From Candidatus Oleincola secundus (GTDB lineage: Bacteria > Atribacterota > Phoenicimicrobiia > Phoenicimicrobiales > Stramentimicrobiaceae): a DNA stretch of 25,494 nucleotides. The translations under genes and the position numbers were made by a program. The notes below the pieces were generated by a model. It made no database searches, was not told the origin of the DNA, and saw only the letters and a list, made by a program, of their open reading frames with translations. The first letter of the stretch is position 1; each line of letters opens with the position of its first letter. Shown piece by piece: positions 7,824 to 18,079 of this stretch. The stretch covers positions 1 through 25,494 of the forward strand of contig JAGYLS010000020.1 of the NCBI GenBank assembly GCA_018400815.1, written 5' to 3'.

Positions 7824-8861
7824 ATGGTTATAGTAATGGATGGTAAGGTAAATGAAGGTCATATTAATAATCTTAGTGACAAATTGAAAAGTATGGGTTT
7901 TAAGCTGCAGATGATTAAAGGTGAAGATAAAACCGTAATAGGTATTATCGGAGATACCAGAAAATTATTATCTTTCCCTTTTTATTCATATTATGGTGTA
8001 GTTGATGTATTAAAAGTCTCCAAACCTTACAAGCTTACCAGTAGAGAATTCAGAGAACTTTCAACCATTATACGGATTAACGAAGTAACCATTGGTGGTC
8101 AAGAAGCCGTCCTTATGGCTGGACCTTGTGCTGTTGAAAATGAAGAACAAATTGATATAATTGCCCGAAAAGTAAGTGCTATCGGCGCAAGGGTCTTACG
8201 TGGGGGAGCATTTAAGCCCAGAACTTCTCCTTACAGCTTTCAGGGATTAGGCGAAAGAGGACTTAAAATGATGAGTGAAGCAGCAAAAAAATATGGCCTG
8301 TTAGTCATTACTGAAGTGATGGCTATTGAGCAAATTGATATGATTGCCAATTATGCAGATATTATTCAAATAGGTGCCAGAAATATGCAGAATTTCATGC
8401 TCTTAAAAGAAATAGGGAAGATAAAAAAACCAGCCATGTTAAAAAGGGGAATGTCAGCTACTATAGAGGAATTTTTATTATCAGCAGAATATATCTTGTC
8501 AGGAGGAAATAAAGAAGTCATACTGTGTGAAAGAGGAATTCGTACTTTTGAAAATTATACGCGTAACACTTTAGATTTAAGTGCTATTCCGGCGATAAAA
8601 GAGTTAAGCCATTTACCGATAATTGTTGATCCGAGCCATGCCACCGGGAGAAAAGAGTTAGTCGGACCTATGTCTAAAGCAGCTATTGCAGCAGGAGCTG
8701 ACGGTTTAATTATTGAAGTTCATCCTAATCCGGAAGAGGCATTGATGATGGCGCACAATCCCTGGAATTAAGTGATTTTGGAACGTTTGATATCAGAATT
8801 GGAACAAGTAGCCCGTGCAGTCGGTAGGAAACATGCATCTTGGTTATACCTCTCTGTTTAG
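7824..8861 (+). CDS. aroF: DAHP synthase type I-beta with ACT-like domain (copy 2); 3' end broken by two indels in this sequence
   Basis: Same motifs as copy 1. After EEAL the expected [11 protein letters not shown] and [16 protein letters not shown] read across a -1 near 8745 and a +1 near 8780, ending at TAG 8859-8861. The ORF track stops at 8771. Confidence 0.9.
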
Positions 8862-8876
8862 AAAGGAACTCTTAAA

Positions 8877-10160
8877 TTGGATAGAGCTATTGAAGGAAAC
8901 AAAAAGGCCAATCCGAGGAAGCATAACAGTGCTCCAGTGATAAATCAATCACACATCGTGCGATTATTTTGAACTCTATTGCCAGGAGAATCAAAATCCG
9001 CTATTTTCTGGATGGTTTGGATTGCAGAACACCTTGTTATGTATGCAGGCTTTGGGTGCTAACATTGAAAAAGCAAGTCCTTTTTTATTAAAAATAAAAG
9101 GAAAAGGTCTTGACGGTTTAAAAGTACCAGAAAATGTTCTTGATGTGGGCAATCCGGAACTACTATGATTATTATCCGGTTGCTAGCTGGACAAAATTTT
9201 TGTAGTGTTTTAGATGGGGATGATTCAATAAGGAAAAGACCGATGAAAAGGATTATTCTACCACTCTCTAATGAATGGCCAAATAAAAGGATTATATCAT
9301 ACCAATTTTGCTCCTTTAAATATAATCGGTAAATCCCTGCAAGGAATTGACTATACCTTACCGGTAGCTAGTGCTCAGGTTAAATTGCTATTCTCCTGGC
9401 AGGCTTTATATGCCAAAGGAGAAACAGTATAAGGGAAAAACAGACCACAAGAGACCATACGGAACGAATGCTGGCCTTGATGAAGGCGAATATTCAATCT
9501 TTCCCTGATGATCAAAAATCCGGTTAATTCCGGGAAAAGAATTAAAGAGTATAGATATTGATATTCCGGGAGACATATCCTCAGCTGCCTATTTTATAGC
9601 AGCGGGATGTGTTAGGAAGGGTCAGAAATAATCATAAGAAATGTGGGAATAAATCCTACCCGACCGGGTTTTGGGAAGTATGAAAGAGATGTGGGGCTAA
9701 TATTCAAATGCTTAATCAAAAAGATATTTCTAACGAACCCAGGGCTGACATTCTTATTAAAGGGGCTTTATTGAAAGGGATTCAGATTGATAAAAAAATT
9801 ATTGCCAATATTATTGATGAATTGCCCTTAGTGGCAGTTATTGCAACCTTAGCGCAGGGTAGAACTATTGTAAAGGATGCACAGGAACTCAGGGTGAAAG
9901 AAAGTGACCGAATTAAAGCTATTGTAGAAGGATTATCCAGAATGGGGGCAAATATTATTGAAAATAATGATGGTTTTGAAATATCAGGACCGACTGGCTT
10001 GTCCGGAAATTCGGTAAACAGTTTTGGTGACCATCGAATTGCTATGTCTCTGGCCGTAGCGGCTTCCTATGCAGAAGGCAAAACAGTGATCCGGGAAACA
10101 GAATGTATAGATATTTCCTATCCGGATTTTATGCCTACTTATCAAAAAATAATGGAATAA
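8877..10160 (+). pseudogene. aroA: EPSP synthase (class II) with many frameshifts in the 5' two-thirds; probably an intact gene with sequence errors
   Basis: AAAGGA RBS and TTG at 8877. Motifs DKSITHRA, GN(S)GTT, RKRPMKR, PVASAQVK, RDHTERM, PGDISSAAYF and VGINPTR occur in shifting frames. The intact C-terminal ORF 9708-10160 has IDELP, ELRVKESDRI and GDHRIAM. Confidence 0.88.
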
Positions 10161-10177
10161 ATTATTAAGGAGAAAAA

Positions 10178-11047
10178 ATGAATCCTATGACTTTGACAAT
10201 TGGTTTGCTGGGTGAACATCTTGAAAATAGCCTTTCTCCATTGATACACCGCAATTTTATTTGTTATTATTCTTTAAATTATTGTTATTTGCCTTTTCAG
10301 ATAAAGACCGAAAATTTGGAAAAGGCAATATTTGGGGCAAAGGCATTGGGGATTCATGGGCTGAATGTCACAATACCTTTTAAAGAAAAGGCTATGGGGT
10401 TCATGGATAATATTGACCCGGCAGCAGAAACAATCGGAGCAATTAATACCATTGTCAGAAAAAATGAAAAGCTATATGGATATAATACAGACTGGAACGG
10501 TTTTAGGGAGCCACTGAAAAAAAAGATGAAGACTAAATTAATCAACAAGAGAGCGGTAGTTTTAGGGGCAGGTGGAGCCGCAAGGTCAGTTATCTTTGCC
10601 CTGGCAGAAGAAGGGTGTCCGGTGATATCAATCTTTAACAGAAGCAAAGATCGTGCCTTAGAGGTAAAAAGAAATTTCAAGAATATTTTCCCCCAATGTG
10701 AAATAAGAACATTCTCTTTTCAAAGAAAAAATTTGCAGGGAGAAATTGATAATGTAGATTTGCTCATAAATACCACTCCCCTGGGCAGCTGGTATTATCC
10801 GGGACAAAACCCCCTACCGGAAGGAATTAAACTTTCATCTAAAGCAATTGTCTATGATCTAATCTATTGTCCGGATAGAACTCCATTGCTGAGGTGGGCA
10901 GAAATAAACGGTAATAGGATATTAAATGGTAAAGAAATGCTGGTATATCAGGCAGCGGAGAGTTTTCATTTATGGACTGGTCTTTATCCTGATCAGGAAA
11001 TAATAACTAAAATATTGAGCAAGATAAGGAAAAAGGAAAATTTGTAA
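10178..11047 (+). CDS. aroE: Shikimate dehydrogenase
   Basis: SLSPLIH, GLNVTIPFKE, GAINT, GYNTD, GAGGAA, INTTPLG and MLVYQA. Confidence 0.96.
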   Translation: MNPMTLTIGLLGEHLENSLSPLIHRNFICYYSLNYCYLPFQIKTENLEKAIFGAKALGIHGLNVTIPFKEKAMGFMDNIDPAAETIGAINTIVRKNEKLYGYNTDWNGFREPLKKKMKTKLINKRAVVLGAGGAARSVIFALAEEGCPVISIFNRSKDRALEVKRNFKNIFPQCEIRTFSFQRKNLQGEIDNVDLLINTTPLGSWYYPGQNPLPEGIKLSSKAIVYDLIYCPDRTPLLRWAEINGNRILNGKEMLVYQAAESFHLWTGLYPDQEIITKILSKIRKKENL

Positions 11048-11067
11048 TTTTATAAAGAGGTATATCT

Positions 11068-12243
11068 ATGGTGTTACGTTTTTTAGATGCCGGAGAATCA
11101 CACGGAAAATGTCTGCTAGGTATTATTGAGGGGTTTCCTCAAGGATTCCCGTTAAGTGAAGAAAAGATTAATCAGGAATTGAAGAGAAGACAGGGGGGAT
11201 ATGGAAGAGGAGATCGGATGAAAATCGAACAGGACCGCATTGATATTTTGTCCGGGATAACTTCAGGTAAATCAATAGGCAGTCCCATAGGCTTAATGAT
11301 AAAGAATAAAGATTGGGAAAATAAGAATCCTAAAAATCAGGAAGAACTGACTATTCCTCGTCCCGGTCATGCTGATCTGGCCGGAGCAATCAAATATAGT
11401 TTGGATAATTATCGGTCAATACTTGAAAGAGCCAGCGCCAGAAAAACAGCGATGCGGGTAGCAATAGGTTCTGTCGGGCAGCAATTGCTGGATTATTTTT
11501 CAATAAATTCTTATAGCCATGTTCTAAGAATTGGCAGTATTTCAATTCATAATCAGATAGTAAAAGAAACAGAAAAAGAGGGAAAAATCAAAACAATCAA
11601 AGAAAAGATTAGCCGGTCGCCAGTTTACAGCTTAGACCCGGAAATTTCTGAAGAGATGTGTCGGGAAATTGATCAGGCAAAAAAGGAAGGAGATTCACTG
11701 GGAGGACAGTTTGAAATTGTAGTGAGAAATGTTCCGGCAGGGCTTGGAAGCCATGTGTTTTGGGATAGAAAAATTGATACGCGCATTGCCGGAGCTTTAA
11801 TGAGTATTCCCAGTGTAAAAGCAGTAGAAATAGGCGAAGGGATAAAAGGTTCAGAAAAAAAGGGCTCTAAAGTTCAAGATCCTATCTATTATCAAATGGG
11901 GCAAGAGAAAGATAATTACCCTGGTTATTATCGCAAGAAGAATTGGGCAGGTGGCATAGAGGGAGGAATAACCAACGGAGAGAATATTGTTGTACGTGTT
12001 TATGTAAAACCTATTCCTACTTTATTCAAACCTCTTCCATCAGTTGACATAAGAACCAAGAAAAAGACAAAGGCAAATTACCAAAGGTCAGATACCTGCG
12101 TTGTTCCGGCGGTTAGCGTCGTCGGGGAAGCAGTTGTGAATTGGGAGCTTGCAGTTGCCTTTACAGAAAAATTTAGCGGAGATTCTATGGATGAAATAGA
12201 GTCTAATTATAAGTGTTATCAGGAAAGGTCAAAAAAGTGCTGA
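11068..12243 (+). CDS. aroC: Chorismate synthase
   Basis: AGESHG, RRQGGYGRG, PRPGHADL, ERASAR, GGIEGGITNG and RSDTCVVP. Confidence 0.97.
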   Translation: MVLRFLDAGESHGKCLLGIIEGFPQGFPLSEEKINQELKRRQGGYGRGDRMKIEQDRIDILSGITSGKSIGSPIGLMIKNKDWENKNPKNQEELTIPRPGHADLAGAIKYSLDNYRSILERASARKTAMRVAIGSVGQQLLDYFSINSYSHVLRIGSISIHNQIVKETEKEGKIKTIKEKISRSPVYSLDPEISEEMCREIDQAKKEGDSLGGQFEIVVRNVPAGLGSHVFWDRKIDTRIAGALMSIPSVKAVEIGEGIKGSEKKGSKVQDPIYYQMGQEKDNYPGYYRKKNWAGGIEGGITNGENIVVRVYVKPIPTLFKPLPSVDIRTKKKTKANYQRSDTCVVPAVSVVGEAVVNWELAVAFTEKFSGDSMDEIESNYKCYQERSKKC

Positions 12244-12782
12244 GAAAGAATATTTTTATAACCGGATTTATGGGTACCGGTAAGAGCACGGTAGCCATGG
12301 CACTTGCCGATAAAATGAATAAAAAATTTACAGATATGGATATTTTGATTGAGAAGAAGGAAGGGAAGTCAATTACTGACATCTTTAACGATGAGGGAGA
12401 GGGAGAATCCTATTTTCGAAAAGTTGAAAGAGAAGTCCTGAAAGAAATTATAAAACAAAATGATTTAGTTATTGCAACCGGAGGAGGGAGTCTTCTTAAT
12501 GATGAAAATTATCAGTTAGCGCGGAAAAATAGTGCAATTATACTTCTTCAGGCAAAGCCGGAAGTTATATTTAAGCGATTAAAGGAAGATAGTGAACGTC
12601 CTCTATTGTCAGAAAAAAATAAATTGGATAGAATTAAAAGTCTGATGGAACAAAGAAAAAATAAATACAGCCGTTTTGAATATTCTGTTGATACATCTAA
12701 TCTTACTGTTGCACAGGTGGTTGATGAAATAATAAAAATATACCGGAGAGAATATGATGAAGACAATATCTCTGAAATTTGA
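12237..12782 (+). CDS. aroK: Shikimate kinase
   Basis: GFMGTGKST P-loop, GESYFR, ATGGG and RPLL; GTG at 12237 follows AGGAAAGG. Confidence 0.95.
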   Translation: MLRKNIFITGFMGTGKSTVAMALADKMNKKFTDMDILIEKKEGKSITDIFNDEGEGESYFRKVEREVLKEIIKQNDLVIATGGGSLLNDENYQLARKNSAIILLQAKPEVIFKRLKEDSERPLLSEKNKLDRIKSLMEQRKNKYSRFEYSVDTSNLTVAQVVDEIIKIYRREYDEDNISEI

Positions 12783-13881
12783 AAAAAAATATAATTGCAA
12801 TATGTTTATTGGAAAAGGCATTTTATCAGATATTGACACCTACCTTATCCCTCTATTGCCGGGAAAGCAGGTAGTATTAGTTACTAATTCGCTGATAAAA
12901 CAACTCTATGGTAATAAAATTGTTAAAATTCTTTCCCAAAAGGGCATTCTTGTTCATATTATTGAAGTTCCTGACGGAGAAAAAAGTAAATCTTTCTCTG
13001 GTGCTGAAAAAATTTATGATAAATTGTTGCAATTTAAATCAGATCGTTCTACTGCATTAGTTGCTCTGGGTGGTGGCGTGATTGGTGATTTGGCTGGGTT
13101 CGTCGCTGCTACCTTTATGAGAGGCATTCCTTTGGTGCATATTCCCACTACGCTTTTAGCTCAAATTGACAGCAGTATAGGAGGAAAAGTAGCCATTGAT
13201 CACTCAAGGGCAAAAAATATTGTAGGCAGTTTTTATCAGCCTATTGCTAACTTGGTTGATTCTGTAGTTTTAGAAAGTCTACCACTATCTCATTTGAAAA
13301 ACGGAATAGCTGAAGCCATCAAAATTGCTATTATTAGCTCTCCTTCATTTTTTAACTGGATAGATCAGCATATGGACCCTTTATTGCAGAAGGAGAAGGA
13401 TGTATTAGACTTTCTGGTAAGCCGGGCAGCACAATTAAAAATCAGTATTATTTTGCGGGATCCATGGGAAAGGAATCAGCGACATTTACTGAATTTAGGA
13501 CACAGTATAGGGCATGCACTGGAGACAGTGAGTGGTTATAGCTCTATTACCCATGGTGAGGCAGTTGCGATTGGCACTGTACTGGAAACTCGCATAGCTT
13601 ATCATAAGAAATTATGTAGCTGGGAAGATAAAGAAAAAATTGAAAATATTATCAGTAAATTAGATATTCTATCGGGTTTAAATCTATTGCAGATTAATCC
13701 GGAGGAATGCTGGGATACCATTCTTTTGGATAAAAAAAATAAAGATGGGAATATCCGCTTTGTTTTACCTGAGAAAATAGGAAAGGTTGAATTATTTCAG
13801 CCTATTCTTAAAGAAGATGTGGACTATGCTTTCAATTCCCTCAAGGAGAGTGAAAGAGAGGAGGAGAACTTTGAAAATTAG
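12754..13881 (+). CDS. aroB: 3-dehydroquinate synthase
   Basis: DGEKSKS, GGGVIGDLAGF, PTTLLAQIDSSIGGK, LNLGHSIGHALE, HGEAVAIG and DKK. Confidence 0.97.
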   Translation: MMKTISLKFEKKYNCNMFIGKGILSDIDTYLIPLLPGKQVVLVTNSLIKQLYGNKIVKILSQKGILVHIIEVPDGEKSKSFSGAEKIYDKLLQFKSDRSTALVALGGGVIGDLAGFVAATFMRGIPLVHIPTTLLAQIDSSIGGKVAIDHSRAKNIVGSFYQPIANLVDSVVLESLPLSHLKNGIAEAIKIAIISSPSFFNWIDQHMDPLLQKEKDVLDFLVSRAAQLKISIILRDPWERNQRHLLNLGHSIGHALETVSGYSSITHGEAVAIGTVLETRIAYHKKLCSWEDKEKIENIISKLDILSGLNLLQINPEECWDTILLDKKNKDGNIRFVLPEKIGKVELFQPILKEDVDYAFNSLKESEREEENFEN

Positions 13882-14323
13882 TGTTATTCATGGCCCGAAT
13901 TTAAATCGTTTGGGACAGAGAAAAAAAGAACATTATGGGGTGCTTACTCTGGCAAAAATAAACAACAGTTTAGAAAAAAAGGCTTCTAAAATGAATATCC
14001 AGTTGGAAATTATGCAATCAAACCACGAAGGAGAAATCATTGATTTTATTCAGATGGTTTCAGAAAAGACAGATGGCATCATCATTAATCCGGGGGCTTT
14101 TACTCATTACAGTTATGCCATAAGGGATGCTTTAGAGGATTGTTTGCTTCCGGTTATTGAAGTGCATTTATCTAATATTTTTGCCCGTGAAGAATTTCGT
14201 GCCAGGTCAGTCACAGCCCAGGCTTGTGCTGGCCAGATTGCCGGACTGGGATACCAAGGCTATTTATTGGCAATTGAAGGACTTCAGTCTTTAATTAAAG
14301 AGCGCAAACCTAAAAAAACTTAA
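13871..14323 (+). CDS. aroQ: Type II 3-dehydroquinate dehydratase
   Basis: HGPNLNRLG, QSNHEG, NPGAFTHYSYAIRDA and EVHLSNIFAREEFR; TTG at 13871 follows GAGGAG. Confidence 0.96.
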   Translation: MKISVIHGPNLNRLGQRKKEHYGVLTLAKINNSLEKKASKMNIQLEIMQSNHEGEIIDFIQMVSEKTDGIIINPGAFTHYSYAIRDALEDCLLPVIEVHLSNIFAREEFRARSVTAQACAGQIAGLGYQGYLLAIEGLQSLIKERKPKKT

Positions 14324-14337
14324 TGAGGAGGCTTAGA

Positions 14338-15228
14338 ATGAGTGAAGAAAGTGAATTTACCGGGTTTAAAAAGATTACTATAATCGGTTGCGGATTAATT
14401 GGCGGCTCCATTGGCTTGGCATTAAAGAAAAACTCCTATTCCGGTGAAATTACAGGTATTGACCGGAAAGAAGTAATTGAAAAAGCAATTTATTCGGGTG
14501 CTATTGATTGGGGAACTGAAGAAATAGAAAAAGGGGTAAAAAATGCAAGTATGGTTATTCTAGCTACCCCGGTTCAGGAAATTATAAGATTACTGTCCAA
14601 AATAAAACCGTTTTTACCGGAATATTGTTTGATTACTGATACCGGGAGTACAAAAAAGGAAATTATTAAAGAGGCATGGAAAGTATATTCAGATAAATAT
14701 GATTTTATAGGCGGTCACCCTATGGCTGGTTTGGAAAAGGGTGGAATAGAATACGCTGATCCATATTTATTTTCCGGGAAACCCTACATTACAGTTGTCG
14801 GAAGAGAAAATACTAATTTAGCTGGTTTAAAAATGTCTACTTTTTTAAATTTCATTAATGCCATGGAGATAAGATTGAATGCTTCAGAGCATGATCGTAT
14901 TATTGCCCTGGTCAGTCATGTTCCACAATTGATTGCCGTTATTATGACCAACCTGTTCGGATCTCTGGTGCAGGAAGGTTATGATGAAAAATGCCTCAAA
15001 ATTGGCGGGAATGCATTCAACGAAATGACCAGAGTTGCCAGCAGCCCTTTTTCCATGTGGAAAGATATCTATCAAACGAACAGTAAATGGACAATAAATT
15101 ATATTAATGATTTAGAAGATATGTTAGGTCAGGTTAAAGAAAAAATTGCAAAAAATCCGCATAAGTTGGAAGAAGATTTTAAAAAAGCCAGTTATTATAA
15201 AGAAAAAATGTCACAGAAGACCGAATGA
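14338..15228 (+). CDS. tyrA: Prephenate/arogenate dehydrogenase
   Basis: GCGLIGGS Rossmann motif, TDTGSTK, GGHPMAG, EHDRIIALVSHVPQ and TRVASS; ATG at 14338 follows GAGGAGG. Confidence 0.94.
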   Translation: MSEESEFTGFKKITIIGCGLIGGSIGLALKKNSYSGEITGIDRKEVIEKAIYSGAIDWGTEEIEKGVKNASMVILATPVQEIIRLLSKIKPFLPEYCLITDTGSTKKEIIKEAWKVYSDKYDFIGGHPMAGLEKGGIEYADPYLFSGKPYITVVGRENTNLAGLKMSTFLNFINAMEIRLNASEHDRIIALVSHVPQLIAVIMTNLFGSLVQEGYDEKCLKIGGNAFNEMTRVASSPFSMWKDIYQTNSKWTINYINDLEDMLGQVKEKIAKNPHKLEEDFKKASYYKEKMSQKTE

Positions 15229-15285
15229 TTTTATGATAGGTAAGCTATTAAAAAGATAATTAACAATTAAAAGAGGTATGATTTT

Positions 15286-16191
15286 ATGGATGAAAAGGAT
15301 GATTATCACTATAAAAAAAATAAAACAGTAGCGCTACAGGGAGAAATTGGTTCATTCAGTGAAATGGCTGCCTTGCAATATTTTGGTTCTGCTGCAGAGA
15401 TGTTATCCTGCAGTAGTTTTAACCAGGTTAGTGAAACAGTTAAACAGGGCAAGGCTGATTATGCTATTTTACCAATTGAGAATTCTCAGACAGGAGGAAT
15501 TAACAATGTGCATGATTTATTATTGAGCGAAAATCTATTTGCAATCGGTGAAGTTATATTAAAAATTGAACATTGTTTAATTGCTCATCAGGACACTAAA
15601 CCGGAGCAAATTGAAAAAATTTATTCTCATCCACAGGCGCTAGCTCAATGTGAAAGATACTTGATAAAAAATTTCTCTCACTGTCAAATTATTCCAGTAT
15701 ATGATACGGCAGGGAGTGTCAAACAGATTAAGGAATCCAGGGAGTTAAAAGCAGCAGGAATTGCCAGTCGAAGAGCTGCTACTTATTATGAGATGAATAT
15801 CTTAGAAAATAGTATTGAAGACAATCCTTCCAATTATACACGTTTTTTAGTTTTTTACCCTGAAATACTGACCAATAAATTAAATAACAAAACATCTATT
15901 ATTTTTGCGGTAGTCAGTGTTCCCGGAGCTATCCATAAATGCTTAAGAGAATTTGCAATTCGTGGCATTAACTTAAGTAGATTAGAATCAAGGCCTAGCA
16001 GGATGAAACCATGGGAATATATTTTTTATATGGATTTTGAGAATGGGCTGCAGGAAAGTGTTACCCAGGAAGCATTGAAGGCACTAAGAGAGTTTACTAC
16101 TTTTATTAAAATTATTGGTACATATCAATCACATTCAAGTACGCTTGATTCTGCCCAAAGGCACCTTCGGGAATTGACTAAAAACAAATAG
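15286..16191 (+). CDS. pheA: Prephenate dehydratase with C-terminal ACT domain
   Basis: QGEIGSFSEMAA, PIENS, SHPQALAQC, NYTRF and INLSRLESRP; no fused chorismate mutase domain. Confidence 0.95.
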   Translation: MDEKDDYHYKKNKTVALQGEIGSFSEMAALQYFGSAAEMLSCSSFNQVSETVKQGKADYAILPIENSQTGGINNVHDLLLSENLFAIGEVILKIEHCLIAHQDTKPEQIEKIYSHPQALAQCERYLIKNFSHCQIIPVYDTAGSVKQIKESRELKAAGIASRRAATYYEMNILENSIEDNPSNYTRFLVFYPEILTNKLNNKTSIIFAVVSVPGAIHKCLREFAIRGINLSRLESRPSRMKPWEYIFYMDFENGLQESVTQEALKALREFTTFIKIIGTYQSHSSTLDSAQRHLRELTKNK

Positions 16192-16327
16192 GCCATTTTA
16201 TTGCCCTCAGCAATTATCTTTCAATAGAAAAACAGCAGGGAGTTAAAGAAGGCATGGATTTTTTGTTATAAATGTTGTAATATAAAAAAGATTATCATAT
16301 TACCATTGCAAGGGGGCTATAGATTTA

Positions 16328-18046
16328 ATGCATTCTCAGGAAAACAATAATTCTAAAGAATCAGTTAATTTTATTCAGAGTATTATTGACCGTGACAGGG
16401 AAAATAATAAATATGGGGGGCGAGTTCATCTTCGTTTTCCGCCGGAGCCAAATGGGTACCTGCATATTGGACATGCCAAATCGATTTGTTTAAATTTTGG
16501 CTTGGCAGAGAAGAATAATGGCTTGTGCAATCTTCGTTTTGATGATACCAACCCCTCAAAAGAAGACATAGAATATATAGATTCGATTATTCGGGATGTC
16601 CGGTGGTTGGGTTTTAATTGGGAAGACCGTCTTTATTATGCTTCTGACTATTTTGATAAAATGTATGAAGATGCTGTTTCCCTGATTAAACAGGGTAAAG
16701 CCTATGTGTGTGACTTAAATCCGGAAGAAATTAGAGAATACCGGGGTACTTTCACTAAGCCTGGGAAGGAAAGTCCTTATCGAAATCGTTCAATTGAAGA
16801 AAATCTATCCTTGTTTAAACAAATGAAAGATGGTATTTTCGAAGACGGCTCTCGGGTTTTAAGAGCAAAAATTGACATGAGTTCTGCTAACCTGAATATG
16901 CGTGACCCGGTGCTTTACCGAATTGTAAAAAAATCACATCATCGAACCGGGGATAAGTGGTGCATCTATCCTATGTATGATTATGCCCACCCCTTGGAAG
17001 ATTATTATGAGCGAATTACCCATTCTGTCTGCACTTTGGAATTCGAAGACCATCGTCCACTTTATGACTGGTTACTTTCGAATCTTTATTCTTCTGAATT
17101 GCCACAGCAGATTGAGTTTGCCAGATTAGATCTGACTAACACTATAATGAGTAAAAGAAAATTACGTATCCTGGTGGAAGAAGGATATGTAAGCGGATGG
17201 GATGATCCACGTTTGCCCACTATTTCAGGTTTGCGACGCAGAGGTTATACTCCTCAGGCAATCAGAAATTTTTGTAATCGTATTGGAGTAGCAAAGACCA
17301 ATAGTGTAGTGGATATTCGTTTTCTGGAACACTGTATCAGGGAAGATTTGAATAAAAATGCACAAAGAGTTATGGCTGTATTAAACCCTCTAAAGCTAAT
17401 CATTGACAATTATCCGGACAATTTAACAGAAGAACTTGAAGGTGAGAATAATCCTGAGGACCCCTCAGCTGGTAGCCGTAAAGTGCCATTTTCTAAAACA
17501 TTGTATATTGAAAAAGAGGACTTTCATGAAGATCCTCCTAAGAAATATTTTAGATTGGCTCCAGGACGTGAAGTGAGATTAAAGAATGCTTATATTGTAA
17601 AGAGTCAGGGATTTGTAAGGGATGAAAAAACAGGTGAGATTTCTGAAGTTCACTGCACCTATGATCCGGAGAGCAAGAGTGGCGGAGCGGGAGCTAAACG
17701 AAAAGTGAAAGGTACTTTACATTGGGTTTCTGCCGGGCATGCTCTGAAGGCGGAGGTTCGTTTGTATGATTATCTTTTGTTAAGTGAAGATAAAAAACAA
17801 GAGGAAGAAGCGAAAGCTAATTTTATCGACCGAATAAATCCAAACTCTTTGGAAGTTTTAACAGAGTGTTTAGTGGAACCCAGCTTAGCTAATGCCGTTA
17901 AAGGTAATAAGTATCAGTTTATGCGTAAGGGATATTTTTGTGTTGACCTTGAATCAAAAACGGGGAATTTGGTTTTTAATCGTATTGTTTCATTACGCGA
18001 CAGCTGGGAGAAAATAATGAAAATAAACCAGGGTAAGGGTAAATAA
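16328..18046 (+). CDS. glnS: Glutaminyl-tRNA synthetase
   Basis: [55 protein letters not shown] and KGTLHWVS. Confidence 0.96.
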   Translation: MHSQENNNSKESVNFIQSIIDRDRENNKYGGRVHLRFPPEPNGYLHIGHAKSICLNFGLAEKNNGLCNLRFDDTNPSKEDIEYIDSIIRDVRWLGFNWEDRLYYASDYFDKMYEDAVSLIKQGKAYVCDLNPEEIREYRGTFTKPGKESPYRNRSIEENLSLFKQMKDGIFEDGSRVLRAKIDMSSANLNMRDPVLYRIVKKSHHRTGDKWCIYPMYDYAHPLEDYYERITHSVCTLEFEDHRPLYDWLLSNLYSSELPQQIEFARLDLTNTIMSKRKLRILVEEGYVSGWDDPRLPTISGLRRRGYTPQAIRNFCNRIGVAKTNSVVDIRFLEHCIREDLNKNAQRVMAVLNPLKLIIDNYPDNLTEELEGENNPEDPSAGSRKVPFSKTLYIEKEDFHEDPPKKYFRLAPGREVRLKNAYIVKSQGFVRDEKTGEISEVHCTYDPESKSGGAGAKRKVKGTLHWVSAGHALKAEVRLYDYLLLSEDKKQEEEAKANFIDRINPNSLEVLTECLVEPSLANAVKGNKYQFMRKGYFCVDLESKTGNLVFNRIVSLRDSWEKIMKINQGKGK

Positions 18047-18079
18047 GTGTATATTATTTATAGGATCCAGTGTTAATAA

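Noticed and set aside
8740..9707. Programmed frameshifting or phase variation of aroA
   Set aside because: Too many scattered indels, and no single slippery site or long repeat tract.
9708..10160. Stand-alone 150-aa gene
   Set aside because: It is the C-terminal third of aroA; upstream motifs continue in other frames.
12213..14337. Longer ORF-track starts for aroK (12213), aroQ (13787) and tyrA (14323)
   Set aside because: Downstream starts (12237, 13871, 14338) have clear SD sequences and match the family N-termini.
16192..16327. Regulatory RNA or terminator between pheA and glnS
   Set aside because: Only a 4-bp stem (TTGC/GCAA) is visible; no convincing terminator, T-box or riboswitch.
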